A stretch of DNA of 64,000 nucleotides from Octopus sinensis (GCF_006345805.1 NC_043000.1:31744001-31808000), one strand, 5' to 3'; shown: positions 39,690 through 52,376, counted from the first letter of the stretch. Made by a program: numbers and translations. Notes: generated by a model from the sequence alone, not told the origin.

Positions 39690-40652
39690 AGTAAGATAAA
39701 ATTTTTTCGAAAAAAATTTTTATCAATGGCCAGCATATTAAAAAATACCTTTAAAGGTTAAATTATAAACAACTTATAAATAAGAGCAAACGAAAAAATT
39801 TCTAATGCCAAATATGCCGAAAATTGAACATATTGTCCATTTACCATATAATTTTTCTCCAGTACGCACGCTACTCAAAAAAAGGTCGACAGAAATCTCT
39901 AAAAAATTCCATTATTACCATATCGGACCGATTTCAGGGTTAGTTCAAAAAGAACCCTCCCTTCGTCAGTGGCAAAGAAGTAAAAGAGATACTTACTCAT
40001 ACCCATGGAAGAAGCAAACACTAAGTCATGAGCACAACTAAGTACCCCAAATAAATCCAAAATAGAAATACTCCAGCCCATTCAAGACACGTGCGATTTG
40101 AACTGAGGCACTCACAGAGTGGGAGAGTCCGGAAGTGAACACTATTAAATTTGTATGTATGTATGTATGTATGTATGTATGTATGTATATAGTTGAAAAA
40201 TATCGTTATAGGTATAAAAATACCATAAACAATTATAGAAAAATGGAAGCGAAAAAGATGTTGAATCAAAATTAGATTTAATAAAAAAAGGATTCAATAC
40301 ATACGCGCGTTTCAAAGGACAATACAAATATGTAAAAAAAAACTATAACCATAGTAATTATAATTAAATCTATGCATTGTCATTTTCATCAATGTAAAGA
40401 ACTTTTGTAAGGACTTCAAAAAAGGTTTTGGTGTTCTTACAAAAATTCTTTACATTGATGAAAATGACAATGCATAAATTTAATTATAATTACTATGGTT
40501 ATTGTTTTTTCTTACATATTTGTATTGTCCTTTGAAATGCGCGTATGTATTGAATCCTATTTTGTATTAAATCTAATTTTGGTTCAACATCTTTTTCGCC
40601 TCCATTTTTGTATAATTGTTTATGGTATTTTTATACCTATAACTATAGTTTT
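39690..40652 (-). mobile_element. Probable Penelope-like pLTR/3' region with hammerhead and terminal fold-back palindrome
   Basis: Hammerhead 39915-39975; ~220-bp inverted arms 40194-40412 / 40433-40652; no ORF retained, so the PLE assignment is inferred. Confidence 0.55.
39915..39975 (-). ncRNA. Type I hammerhead ribozyme, canonical fold
   Basis: UUGCCA-CUGACGA-AGGG(AG GGUUC UUUUU GAACU AA)CCCU-GAA-AUCG GUC CGAU-A-UGGUAA. Confidence 0.85.
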
Positions 40653-40795
40653 CACTACTATTTTCATGTTCTTATTACTGCTCTGGCCTTTTTTTTTTTT
40701 TTTGAATATATTGAATCTTTATTAGAAATCATTCTTTCTCTCTTTTTGGACCTCTCAAAAGTTGAATTGTTTTCTTTTGAACTTATTTTTTCCCC

Positions 40796-40846
<51 letters not shown>

Positions 40847-40989
40847 ATAGATATATATATATATATATACATTATACATATATATATATATATATATATA
40901 ATATATATCATATATATACATATAATTATTATATATATATATATATATAATATATATATATATATTATATATATATAATATATTATTAT

Positions 40990-41020
<31 letters not shown>

Positions 41021-42619
41021 CTCGATGGAGGCCTAATTAGAACTGAAGGTTAGTTGTTTATTAGTGACAACAGCTAGTAGTTGTAATGTTTGCATTTGAA
41101 GATCATTGTTTACACGTTAGAGATTAACGGTTTGAACGTTTGAAATTAACAGTATGTTAGAAATTAAGGGTTTATATGTTAGAGATTAACGGTTAAATAA
41201 CCAGCTGTTGTGCGGTCGTATTATGTAAATAACTAATGCTGATGGTAGGTCATTTGATCTTTGTCGTTAGAGTTTAGTCCCGGGTCGGCTCTCATCGAGC
41301 AGGCCTGTAACCAAAGGTGTTATGTGTTTCACTCTGTCGCTTCTAAAATCAAGAACTTATTATTCAAAGCGTCCTTATTTCAAAACAATATGATGTTATT
41401 TGACGGAGAATTGGCAACTATTCCAAAAAGTATACGAAGTGGGGGAAGTGGAATGAGTTGAAACGTATACCATTCATGAAAGTTGGACGAAATATTGTTC
41501 TTGTTTCTGTGTAGTGTTTGCGTTTTTGGTACTGCTACCTGAGAATAAATTATGTCCTTGTGGAAATTATAAGGTTTATCACAGATAACAACAATAATAA
41601 TTATATATAATTTTTCCGTTATTTTCAAGATACCAATAGAAAATAGACTTTTTCCTGTCTTGTTGTTATAATAATTCATTAATAGTTAGAAAGAACATGT
41701 TTTGTGAGCAGACTTTAAGAAATACAATATGAATACAGAGAAAAATAACAAGTTTGGTAAAATGGTATTAATGAGATGTTAAGTGTACATAATATATTAT
41801 GAGAATGTATGTATAAATTTCTTTGTTTGTAAAGAGAAATGTATAGAAGCAGAAAAATGGTCAGCAATAACGGGAAAACGATAATGGACTTGTTTTAAAC
41901 TGGTGACAATAACAATACGCAAATGATTTCGTATTCAGCTTTTATGAGAGCCAAAAAGAGAAGTAATTTAGTTCTTTAGAGACAAAAACGAGAGTTTTCC
42001 TTTTCCCACCTTTCTCTCTCTCCACCTCTCTCTCTCTCTCTCACACATTCCTTCTAGTTTGGAGGGAAGAAGAGGAGGAGAAGTAAAGCAACTTGGCTCT
42101 GGCAGCTAACTATCGACTGAAAGAAAGAACAGATACGGAGAGAAGTAAGAGAGTTGGTAGAGGAGGAAGCTTGTGTCTGCCTGAATAGCAAACACTGACT
42201 GACATATCGCCAGTCCCTGATTGATTAGAATAACGCACATTACAGAACAGTGACATACTAAGATGTCGCTTGAATGAGGTCGTTACTGACACTTTACGAA
42301 ATGTTTTGGAGTTTATCGTTTATCAAAATTATACAGATTTTGGTGGGAGGAGCATTTTGCAGATGCGCTGCTGTCTCTTGTGTAGGAAAAGTCATGCAAG
42401 AATAGAGGGATGTCTTTAGATATAGAGTAAAAGTGTGGGGGCTGAAGATAATGATACTTAGGCTCTTAATGTGAAGACAAAAGAAAACCAGAAAAGGAAA
42501 TAAGGTTTTAGTTATTAACAAAATTGAGTTAGCTGAGATCTCATAAGGAGAATGCGAAGAAGAGAACGGAGTGACAACATTGCAGCGCATTGTGGTCGTT
42601 CTACACTTCCGTGACTACA

Positions 42620-43070
42620 AAGGTGGGGGGGAAGGAGGTGGTGGTGGAGGAGGAGGGGGAGGATGAGAAGGAGAAGGAGGAGGTGGTGGAGGAGGAGGAG
42701 GAGGCGGAGAAGGAGAAGGAGGAGGTGGTGGAGGAGGAGGAGAAGGAGAAGGAGAAGGAGGTGGAGGTGGAGGAGGAGGAGGAGAAGGAGAAGGAGGAAG
42801 GTGGTGGAGGAGGAGGGGGGGAGGGAGGAGGAGGGGTGGGAGGAGGAGGGGGGAAGGTGAGAGAGGAGGGGGTGGAGAGGGAGAGGAGGGGAGAAGGAGA
42901 AGGAGGATGTGGTGGTGGAGGAGGAGGAGGAGGAGGGGAGAAGGAGGTGGAGGTGGAGGAGGAGGAGAAGGAGGTGGAGGAGGAGGAGAAGGAGGCGGAG
43001 GAGGAGGAGAAGGAGGAGGAGAAGGAGGAGGTGGAGGAGGAGAAGGAGGAGGTGGAGGAGGAGGAGATGA
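42620..43070. repeat. Purine-rich (GGA/GAG/GGT) low-complexity tract
   Basis: Direct reading. Confidence 0.95.
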
Positions 43071-43599
43071 GGGTTTTGTTTGCTGGAGTAGTGTCGTACA
43101 ACTATTTATGTAACAAAACAGTAAGCGGAAGATTTTTAAAAAAGCAAAGAAAAAACTGAAGAAATTATTTTCAAGGGTAGGAATCATGGACAGCTACAGT
43201 TAAAGAAATTGAAAGAGATTTTTTTAACTAAGATCATACCAGAATGGACCAATGCGGTGTTTTATAATACAAAAAGATGTATTATTATACGTTGATAGGA
43301 TAGATATCCAGCGAGCAAAATATAGAACCCTGTTCTGTGACAACCACAATTGAGTAATATCTGATTCAATAACAAAGAAATGGCTGTTACAGTCAGAAAG
43401 AAATTGTACTGTCACAAAAACAGTAAAGATATGTTCTGTTACAACAGCAACAGAATCGCCTCAACTGTCACAACAACAGACTAAAGGAGAACCTTCAACA
43501 TATGCTATTGTTGAACCCAGTTACCATTTCACCAGCAAATACACAAATGCATGTGAGTACCCATTCTCATAATTCTTTCTACAATAGGCAGAAGCCTGA

Positions 43600-43790
43600 T
43601 GTTTTGTGGGGTGGGGGTCCAGTCGACCACATCGACCCCGGTGCTCAACTGCTGCTTATTTTATCGAATACGAAAGGAAGAAAACAAAGTCGACCTCGGT
43701 GAGATTGGAATTCAGAATGTAAAATACCAGAATGGCTGCTAAGCATTTTGTGCTACGCGCTAACGATTCTGCCAGCTCACCACCTCCATA
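43600..43790 (-). mobile_element. SINE family B, diverged
   Basis: ctaacgattctgccagctc, gtcgacctcgg and atcgacccc motifs. Confidence 0.75.
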
Positions 43791-44264
43791 ATAACATAAT
43801 AATCGATAAACAAAAAGTTTAGAGAAATACCTGAAGTTGAAAAACAGAAAGATGGGACATGCCACTACAGGTGTGGTTACTTCTTCACACGATATAACTA
43901 ATCAACGTTAACACTACATAGAATCATGCTAATTAAAAACAAAAATTATCATATTTTCATTTTCTGGCTCACATCCTATATTTTAATTTAATTAGAATTT
44001 AGGTGTTATTGAAAGGTGTTACGGAAGCTCGACTCTCTTTCACCTAATTTTCCAAATGAAACCAAGATGAAATTTAAATCAACATTCTGCATATTCAGTA
44101 ACCATATCTGATGTGTTGACTCACCAACAGAAAGTATACAAAGTACGCTGGTACAAAGTAATTATAACGAAATACATTTGTTTGTGCATGTGTGATTGCA
44201 TTAAATATAAAAGCGAAATGTATTTATATGAATAAATATATGTTGCATACAGACAACATATTGT

Positions 44265-44432
44265 GGGGTGCAGGTATGACTATGTGGTAAAAAGCCTGCT
44301 TCTAAACCACATTGTTCCGAGCTCAGTCCCATTGCGTGGTACCTTCGGCAAGTGTCTTCTATTACAGCCTCGGGTCAACTAAAGCCTTGTGAGTGATTTG
44401 GTAGACAGAAACTGAAAGAAGACCGTTGTATA
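44265..44432 (+). mobile_element. SINE family A head
   Basis: Homology to the family A 5' half. Confidence 0.82.
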
Positions 44433-44459
44433 AATATATATATATATATATAATATATA

Positions 44460-44525
<66 letters not shown>

Positions 44526-44534
44526 ATATATTAT

Positions 44535-44725
44535 ATAGGGAGAGTTTACGAAAAAAACAACAAAAGACGAAGACATGTGGTGTACAAAACAAACAGATGT
44601 ATTAGTATAAAGCTCAGGAATAGAAAAAGTCTTTACGTTCGAGCCTACGCTTTCTACAGAAAGGGACACAGAAAAAAAAAACACAAGGAGAAAAAATGTG
44701 TTGTAGTGGTAACGATATTATAACA
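44535..44725 (-). mobile_element. Solo pLTR of the Penelope-like family at 52155-52345
   Basis: taggggagagtttacgaaaaaa...gtagtggtaacgat matches 52155-52345; carries a degenerate hammerhead at 44629-44663. Confidence 0.85.
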
Positions 44726-44967
44726 TATATATATATTATATATATATAATCGAGGATATGAAGAGGTATTGGTATAACGCGAAACCCAAAAGGTGTCGGC
44801 TAACGCTAAGTACGAGCTATGGATAGACCATGGTTAGTTCCAGGTCGATAATGATACGAATGAGGAGTCCCACGTAGGTCATGTTTTAGCATGCGTATAT
44901 AAATTGACAGAATGAGATTTAAAAAAATTCAAGGTGTAAATAGTTTTCCGAACATTTATAAAGAAAA

Positions 44968-45017
44968 GGTCTTACAGCTGTTTCCGGGATATTTTTATAT
45001 CCCTTCATCAGAAAACG
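44968..45017 (-). ncRNA. Type I hammerhead ribozyme with palindromic stem III
   Basis: GUUUU-CUGAUGA-A GGGAUAU AAAA AUAUCCC G-GAA-ACAGCUGU-A-AGAC. Confidence 0.78.
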
Positions 45018-45032
45018 GTGCAAGAAAATGTT

Positions 45033-45132
45033 NNNNNNNNNNNNNNNNNNNNNNNNNNNNNNNNNNNNNNNNNNNNNNNNNNNNNNNNNNNNNNNNNNNN
45101 NNNNNNNNNNNNNNNNNNNNNNNNNNNNNNNN
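45033..45132. other. Assembly gap (100 N)
   Basis: Run of N. Confidence 1.
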
Positions 45133-45379
45133 GTTGACTGGGAGAACTCAAACATGGTTTAAACAGTAAGCTTGGCAGGAAAGAAACGTGCCTTTAAGCA
45201 GTACAAAAACAGCAAAAAATGGAAGGTGCAGTTATGTACAGGTTGACGGAAGAAAAGCAGGACAAAAACGATGCATGCAAATGGGTTAGCAGGAGGTAAA
45301 TCTAGAGGGAAAAACATGAATTTATGAGAACGTACTTGGGACAATAATAAGTTTATATTATTTCAAGTACACTGCACAT

Positions 45380-45630
45380 TCATTTTTCTCGCGTACGTGT
45401 AGTATCGATCGCAACAACTGATGTACTTGCGCGTAGAAATGCACGTTCCCACCGTTTTATCGATCGCATTCTCACCTGGAATCGATTTTTGTAATCTTTT
45501 CAAGACTTATACCGCCCTGATACCGCCGGTATCTACATATCAAATTTGAGCGCAATCGGATGGAGGATGCCCGAGATCCTAGAAGACACACACACAGACA
45601 GACAGAACGGATTTTATATAATATATATGT
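45380..45630 (-). mobile_element. Helitron/Helentron-like non-autonomous element, 5' part
   Basis: Minus strand atattatataaaatccgttctgtctgtctgt...atccgattgcgctcaaatttg pattern. Confidence 0.5.
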
Positions 45631-45659
45631 ATATATAAATGTGTGTGTGTAGAAAGCTA

Positions 45660-46200
45660 TGATTTGAGTATACTGATAAATGGGATGAACATGAACCAAG
45701 TAAAGTACTAGAAAGTAAAAATATATAGGATATTATGGGACTTCGACATTCAGACAGACAGAGTAATAGAAGCTAGAAGCCTTGATTTGGTAGTAGTAGA
45801 TAAAGAGAATAGAAAGTACCAGATAATAGACTATACAGTCGCAAATGATGAAAAAAGTCAATATGAGTGGTTTAGGGAAAATAGCAAAGTACCAGGACCT
45901 AGCCATTGAATTACAGAGACTATGGAAAGTTCAAGCAGAATGTATCCCAGTAGTTATAGGTGCATTGGGAATTCTTCCTTAAGATCTGAACAGATGGGTG
46001 GAGGAAATAGGCATAAAACCCAGTTTAGTAGAGCTCCAGAAAGCAATGTTATTAGGGATAACTATGATACTTAGGAGAATTTTTGGCATTTAACGTCACT
46101 TGTTGTAGCCCGTTAAGCGTGTTCTTGGCATCTAAGGTTACTTGTAACGCGAGGTTAGGATTTTTTCCTTTGTCAACAGTCTGATCTATTCGGTGTATCT
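45660..46200 (+). mobile_element. R4-like RLE 3' fragment (same family as 47130-48820)
   Basis: WDFDIQTDRVIEAR..DLVVVD, KYQDLAIELQRLWK, IPVVIGALG. Confidence 0.85.
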
Positions 46201-46294
46201 GTCTGAGGTTCTTGTTGTGACTTGACAGATGACTAAAGACTCCGGTGCATTTTTACTTACACTGTGTTACGAAGGAATAATAATAATAATAATA

Positions 46295-46336
<42 letters not shown>

Positions 46337-46349
46337 TAATAAAAATATA

Positions 46350-47035
46350 AAAATATAACAAGTAACTGCAGAATATGTGGAGATGGACAAGAAACAATAA
46401 ATAATATTATCTCTGGCTGCCCAGTCCTGGCTAAGAAGGAATATATTCACAGATATGACAGAGTTGGAACCTACATACACTTGAAGCTATGCCAACATTA
46501 TGAATAACAACAAAAAAAGATGGTATAGGCACACACCAGAAAGGTCACAGAAAACGAGAAAGCAACCATACTCTGGGATATGCCGATACACACAGATAGA
46601 GAAATTAAGCCAACAGACCAGATATATTTGTCAGAGATCACGAAGAAAAAATGCTTTCTAATTGATGTATCAATACCGGCAGATGACAACGTTGTCTCTA
46701 AAAGAAATAAGAAGAAAAGGGAAGAAACTTCAAAACACAAAGACTGGAAATAGAGGTAACTAGAATGTGGAATCTAAAAGAGAAAACAATTCATATCATA
46801 GTAGGTGCATTAGGCATGATAAAAAAATATTCAGACAAATACATAACAAAAGCACCAGGACTTACAAACACATATAACATACAGAAAATTGCACTACTAG
46901 GCACTGAACACATCCTACGCAGAACACTTTCCATACAGTAACCATCAGAGCATCACAACAAATCACAGCACATACCTAAGGCACACAGAGCTGCGCTCGG
47001 TAGTAAAGTGAAAGCACGCTATAAAAATAAAACTA

Positions 47036-47040
<5 letters not shown>
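46350..47040 (+). mobile_element. R4/Dong-like RLE 3' fragment flanked by (TAA)n on both sides
   Basis: CRICGDGQETINNIISGC (CCHC), RPDIFVRD..LIDVSIP, IIVGALG; TAA arrays at 46277-46340 and 47040-47100. Confidence 0.88.
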
Positions 47041-47103
<63 letters not shown>

Positions 47104-47129
47104 TAGAATTACTTTCCTTTAACAAAAAA

Positions 47130-48820
47130 AAAATAAAGTAGATGTCTACTCAAGTGACACAGCCTTAGGGAAAATTAATACCAAGCGAGGGATATTCCGA
47201 GGAGACTTGTTCTACCTTTTAATATTTGTCTTATGTTTAATCCCCTTCAGCTTAGTATTAAGGAAGGCAAAGGTAGGGTATCAGTTCAGAAATAGTAAGG
47301 GGAAAAAATCAACCATTGGCCTTACATGGATGATCTGAAGCTTTTTAGTTCGAATAAAAAGGAGATAGATTGCTTTATACAAACTACATTATTCTTCAGC
47401 GAAAATATAGGCATGGAATTTGGCATCGATAAGTGTGCAATATTAGTCACGGAAAAGGGACGGGTAGTCAGTAGTGAAAGCATCCAGTTACCAGATATTA
47501 AAATCACTGAAAGAAGAAGAGTGTTATGAGTACTTAGGAGTATTAGAACCTGGCAGAGTATTACCTATAGAAATGAAACGAAAACTGAGGAGTACATCAG
47601 AAGAGTGAGGAAGCTAATGAAGTCAAAGCTAAATGGTCCCGATCGAGTGAAGGATGTACATACTTGGGCAGGATCATTACGTAGATACTCAGCAGCTTTA
47701 GATACCGGCAAGATCTGAATTAGCAAATCTAGATAGAACAAGGAATTCAATATGAATAGGAGACTTCACCCAAGAGCAGGAGTAGCAAGATTATATCTAC
47801 CTAGAAAGGAAGGTGTAAGAGGGTTAATATCAGTAGAAGACTGCGTGGAGTTAGCTAGCGTAGATGTAGCCTCCTATGTAGGAAATACTGAAGAAAGTTT
47901 ATTAAGAGTTGCTAGAATCACAGAAGGAAATAATGAAACCAATTAGCTGAATGAAGTTAAAAACCAGAAAAAAAGAACAAAAGTCACCTGACTGGCAATA
48001 GAAAGATTTGTATGGTAGATTCCCAAAGATAGTTGCAGAAAATAGTAGTAGTGAAACATGATTATGCTTGCAGAATGAAAGGCTGAAAAACGAGACAAAG
48101 TTTTATAGTAGCAGCATAAGATCAAGCATTAAGGACTAATTGGATAAAATTCAGATAAAAAAATAGTAGATTCTCAATGTAGGTTATGCAAATCAAAAGA
48201 GGAAAGTGTTACTCATATAGTAAGTGAATGTACAATGCTTGCACAGAAAGAATACTAGAAAAGACATGACAACCTAGGGAGAATAATCCACTGGGAGTTA
48301 TGTAGAAAGCTAGGATTTAACCATATTGATAAAAGGTATGAACATGACCCTAGTAAGGTACAAGAAACTAAGAAATATAAGATGTTGTGGGGCTTTAACA
48401 GTCAGGCTGATAAAGTAATAGAAGCTAGAAACCTGATTTAGTAATAGTAGACAAAGAGAATAGAAAGTGTCAGATAATTGACTTTACAATCCCAAGTGAT
48501 GAAAAAAATCAATATGAGTGGTATAGAGAAAATAACGAAATACCAGGACGTAGCCATTGAATTACAGAAACTATGGAAAGTTTGGGTAAAATGTATACCA
48601 GTAATTAAAGGTGCATTAAGAACTATTCCTAAAGATGTGAACAGATGGATAGAGGAAACAGGCATAAAACCTAGTTTAGTGCAGCTCCAAGAAAACTGTG
48701 TTATTAGGGACAGCTAGGATACTTAGGAGGGTTCTTTGAATGTAAGGTTACTAGTAGTACCCTGATGGTAGGAATTTTTTTCAACAGTCTAATCTGTTGT
48801 GCGTGTACGAAATAATAATA
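47130..48820 (+). mobile_element. R4-like non-LTR retrotransposon, RT to 3' end, decayed
   Basis: GIFRGD, YMDDLKLF, FGIDKCA, RLYLPRKEGVRGL, CRLCKSKEESVTHIVSEC, KYQDVAIELQKLW; starts after and ends in TAA repeats. Confidence 0.9.
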
Positions 48821-49833
48821 TTCAGAATCAGGAAAAATCGTTCTCTTGAGAACGAGTCATAACCTTAGAAAAATATAGTCCACCTAATAGTATTCACTTA
48901 CTATACGAGTAATACTTTCCTCTTTCGATTTGCATAACCTACATTGGAAATCTACGATTTTTCATCTGACTTTTATCCAGTTAGTCCTTAAATATAAATT
49001 ATATCGGAAGTAGGATCGGGGATATAAATGTTGCCCTTTACCATAATTGTTCAAAACTGTCATCTCAGCCACCCGAACAATGTAGCAGTGCATCTAGAGA
49101 GATATAATGTTTCTTCAGACGATAGAAACCAATAAAAGATGATGGTTTGAACATTTACATTCATGGACGGTATCGATATCGGAATGGAAATTTCATCCTT
49201 TTTTTTCTATTCAATAGAAGTCATCGTCTTAAAAATTTATTCCAAAAAAATATTATTCTAGTAGCCTTACACATACCCTCGAGGGTGTTTTAGAATGAAT
49301 TCAGAGATGTATTGATCTTGTATGAGACTGCCAATTAAAAGCTCCTACCGTCCACCCAATGACCTCGTTCATTCAAAACAGAAAAAGGAAAAAATAGATG
49401 ACACCTAAGCAATGATAAAAATATCTCCTGGGAGGTTTCAGAAACGTCAAGAAGATATGTTAATTGTATTTTTGACTGAATATATTATTAGCTAAATAAT
49501 TATTAAATAAATAAAGGGTTGCAATAGCCTGCGGTTATTTTACGTAGAGAGCTATTGATATAATCATTGATATTGAGGCGGTGAAAAAAAGGAAGATGAT
49601 GGGGATAGCAGAGTAGATAAACAAATGCGTGAGATAGTTTGATATAGAGCTTAGGGAGGAGGCATCCTGCTCGACTTTGTATCGATTTCATCATTGTGGC
49701 GATAAAATTGGTTAAAACAGGGTTGCAGCGTAAATAGAACATCTTGATTACCTATATCACGTGTATATTTGTATGCATGCTTATATATATGCATGTATGT
49801 ATATATATATATATATATATATAGATATATATA

Positions 49834-49880
<47 letters not shown>

Positions 49881-49969
49881 TATAGATAGATAGATATATG
49901 TATATATATATATATATAGATATATACATATATATATATATATACATGTATGTATATGCATGTATGCAT

Positions 49970-49994
49970 TTGATGATGATAGTAATGATGATGG

Positions 49995-50043
<49 letters not shown>

Positions 50044-50100
50044 AATGACGACGATGATGATGATGATGATGACGATGATGACGATGATGACGACGACGAC

Positions 50101-50136
<36 letters not shown>
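49970..50136. repeat. (GAT)n/(GAC)n microsatellite, possibly an expanded tail of the adjacent RTE
   Basis: Direct reading. Confidence 0.93.
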
Positions 50137-50137
<1 letters not shown>

Positions 50138-50139
50138 CT

Positions 50140-50600
50140 CCACCGTCACAGATGATTGCCGTCACTTTTTGCTTCCTCGCTGTCAGTGATATTTCTGACA
50201 TTCCTTCCATGACCTCTCGAATGAATATTCAGTCTCGCTGCAGATCTCCATGACTATGAGCTCCCATGAGTAGTTAAGTCTATGCAGGTCGCCAATCTTC
50301 CATGGCTTGAGGATTTTGCAGTTGATGGAATGACAGAATGAGGTTATCACAGAATGATATTCGTACGTCATCGGATTACCGTGATAAGTGCGAGTCCAAC
50401 ACAAGTACCACTCTCAGAGTCTCCGTGACTGGTGACAGGCTGAAAAGGGATGACCAATAACCATCAGAGTGTATCTCTCCATATAATAACAGCTAGAGGT
50501 CGCTCCCTTCCTCCCGGTGATACTAACTAGATGGCCATTGACTCGTCTGTGCTCATCCGCCGTTTCACGAGTTTTATTTTCCATCCCCCAGGTTCTGCGA
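50140..50600 (-). mobile_element. Probable RTE-clade 3' fragment
   Basis: HGRLATCID resembles RTE C-terminal GRPxxTYID; ends in a (CAT)n tail on the minus strand. Confidence 0.4.
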
Positions 50601-50682
50601 AAACCATCATTTTGTATGTATGTATGTATGTATGTATATATGTGTGTGTGTGTGTATGTATGTACATACATACATACATACA

Positions 50683-50714
<32 letters not shown>

Positions 50715-50751
50715 CATACATACATACATACATACATACATACATACATAC

Positions 50752-52100
50752 ATGCAATTTACAATAGAATACAACCAGGAGGAACTACCATTCCTAGACA
50801 TACTGATTAAAACAAACAAACAACGACAAAATAGAAACAGACAACTTTTATAAAACAACAAATGCTAAGCAATACCTTCATTTTAGCTCTTATCACCCGA
50901 GACATACGAAAACGAACATCCCCTTCAATCTTGCAAGAAGGATCTGCACGATCGTTTCGTAGAAAAATACCAGAGACTTAAGACTACAAGAACTGAAAAG
51001 CATACTTTTGGACAGGCACTACCCAATCCAACGTATAAAGGAAGGGATTAAACGTGCGAAATCCATCAATACTGAGGTACTGAGAAAAACCAAAGACAAC
51101 ATCGAACTTTCTCTTAAAACATTACCCGACATATCAACATGCAACCCCAGAAACAAAGAAGCATTCAACACAACCATGCAAAATCTACTAATACTACATA
51201 AGGACCCTAAACTGAAAAGAATTCTACGCTACACTAAAATAGTCAAAAGCAACAAACATCCTAAGTCACTAAAGAAAATACTAGCAAATGCAAAATTACT
51301 CCCAACTACAACCGACTTAAAATTGAAAAAATGTAATCACTCCAATTGTGGAACATAGCCCTACCTTTTGGAAGCGTCAGAATACCATTTCAAACAAGGG
51401 CAACATTTTACAATCAAATCAGACTTCACTTGCGCGTCCGAAAAAATCTAATTTCTGTGGTTAGATGCTCAGGCTGCCAAAAAGAATATGTCGGAATTAC
51501 AGGAAATTCTATCCGCCGCCGCTGTAGTGCACCGGCAACAAATAGCTTCACCACAATATCGCCAGATGTATCTCAGTGAACATATTGACGTATGTGCTAA
51601 ACAATTGCAACCACAGTTTTATATATTCCCGCGGTACAAATTTGCTGAGTGGACATCAACACAAGTTCCTCTTAATAAAGAAGCCCCATTCATTCAGAAA
51701 TATAAACCAGAACTGAACATTAATTCATTTTAGTAACAACCAACTCCCACTAGAACACAGCAACAATCAAATTTTTCTCTCCACCCTTGAAATATTTGTA
51801 ATTAACACCTAAAACTTGTGTGTATATCTCACAAATCTGTATACATTAAAACTATCAGTCCAAAGACCCTGACAATACTTTGAATGTAACTTGTAATTTT
51901 CAAATATATTGAAGAGTTACATACCTTGACTGCAAAAATTATTGTCAACAACAAAAATAGCATCTCCATGAGTTAAATCTGAGATTTAGGAAGTTTGATA
52001 AGCGTAAGACGTGAACCGGTACTCCCAGTTTATTAAATAATGATGTAATACAACTCTTTGTTTCATTATGATATTAATAGTAGCATAAATTTTATCATAC
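50752..52100 (+). mobile_element. Penelope-like element (RT thumb + GIY-YIG), decayed
   Basis: LPFLDILI, HPRHTKTNIPFNLARRI, HYP, RCSGCQKEYVG.TG, EAPFIQKYKPELN; degenerate hammerhead-like motif at 51989-52026. Confidence 0.88.
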
Positions 52101-52154
52101 AAACCTCCTGTGCGCTTTTGCATATTTTTCTTTCTTATATATATATATATGTAT

Positions 52155-52340
52155 ATAGGGAGAGTTTACGAAAAAAACAAAAGACGAAGACAGGTGGTGT
52201 ACAAAACAAACAGATGTATTATTATAACGCTCAGGAATAGAAAAAGTCTTTTGTTTCGAGCCTACGCTCTTCTACAGAAAGGGACACATAAAAAAACAAG
52301 GAGAGAAACAAGGAGAGAAAAAATGTGTGTAGTGGCTAAC

Positions 52341-52376
<36 letters not shown>

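Noticed and set aside
42590-43187. 189-aa Glu-rich and 190-aa Pro-rich ORFs
   Set aside because: Low-complexity purine repeat open in several frames on both strands
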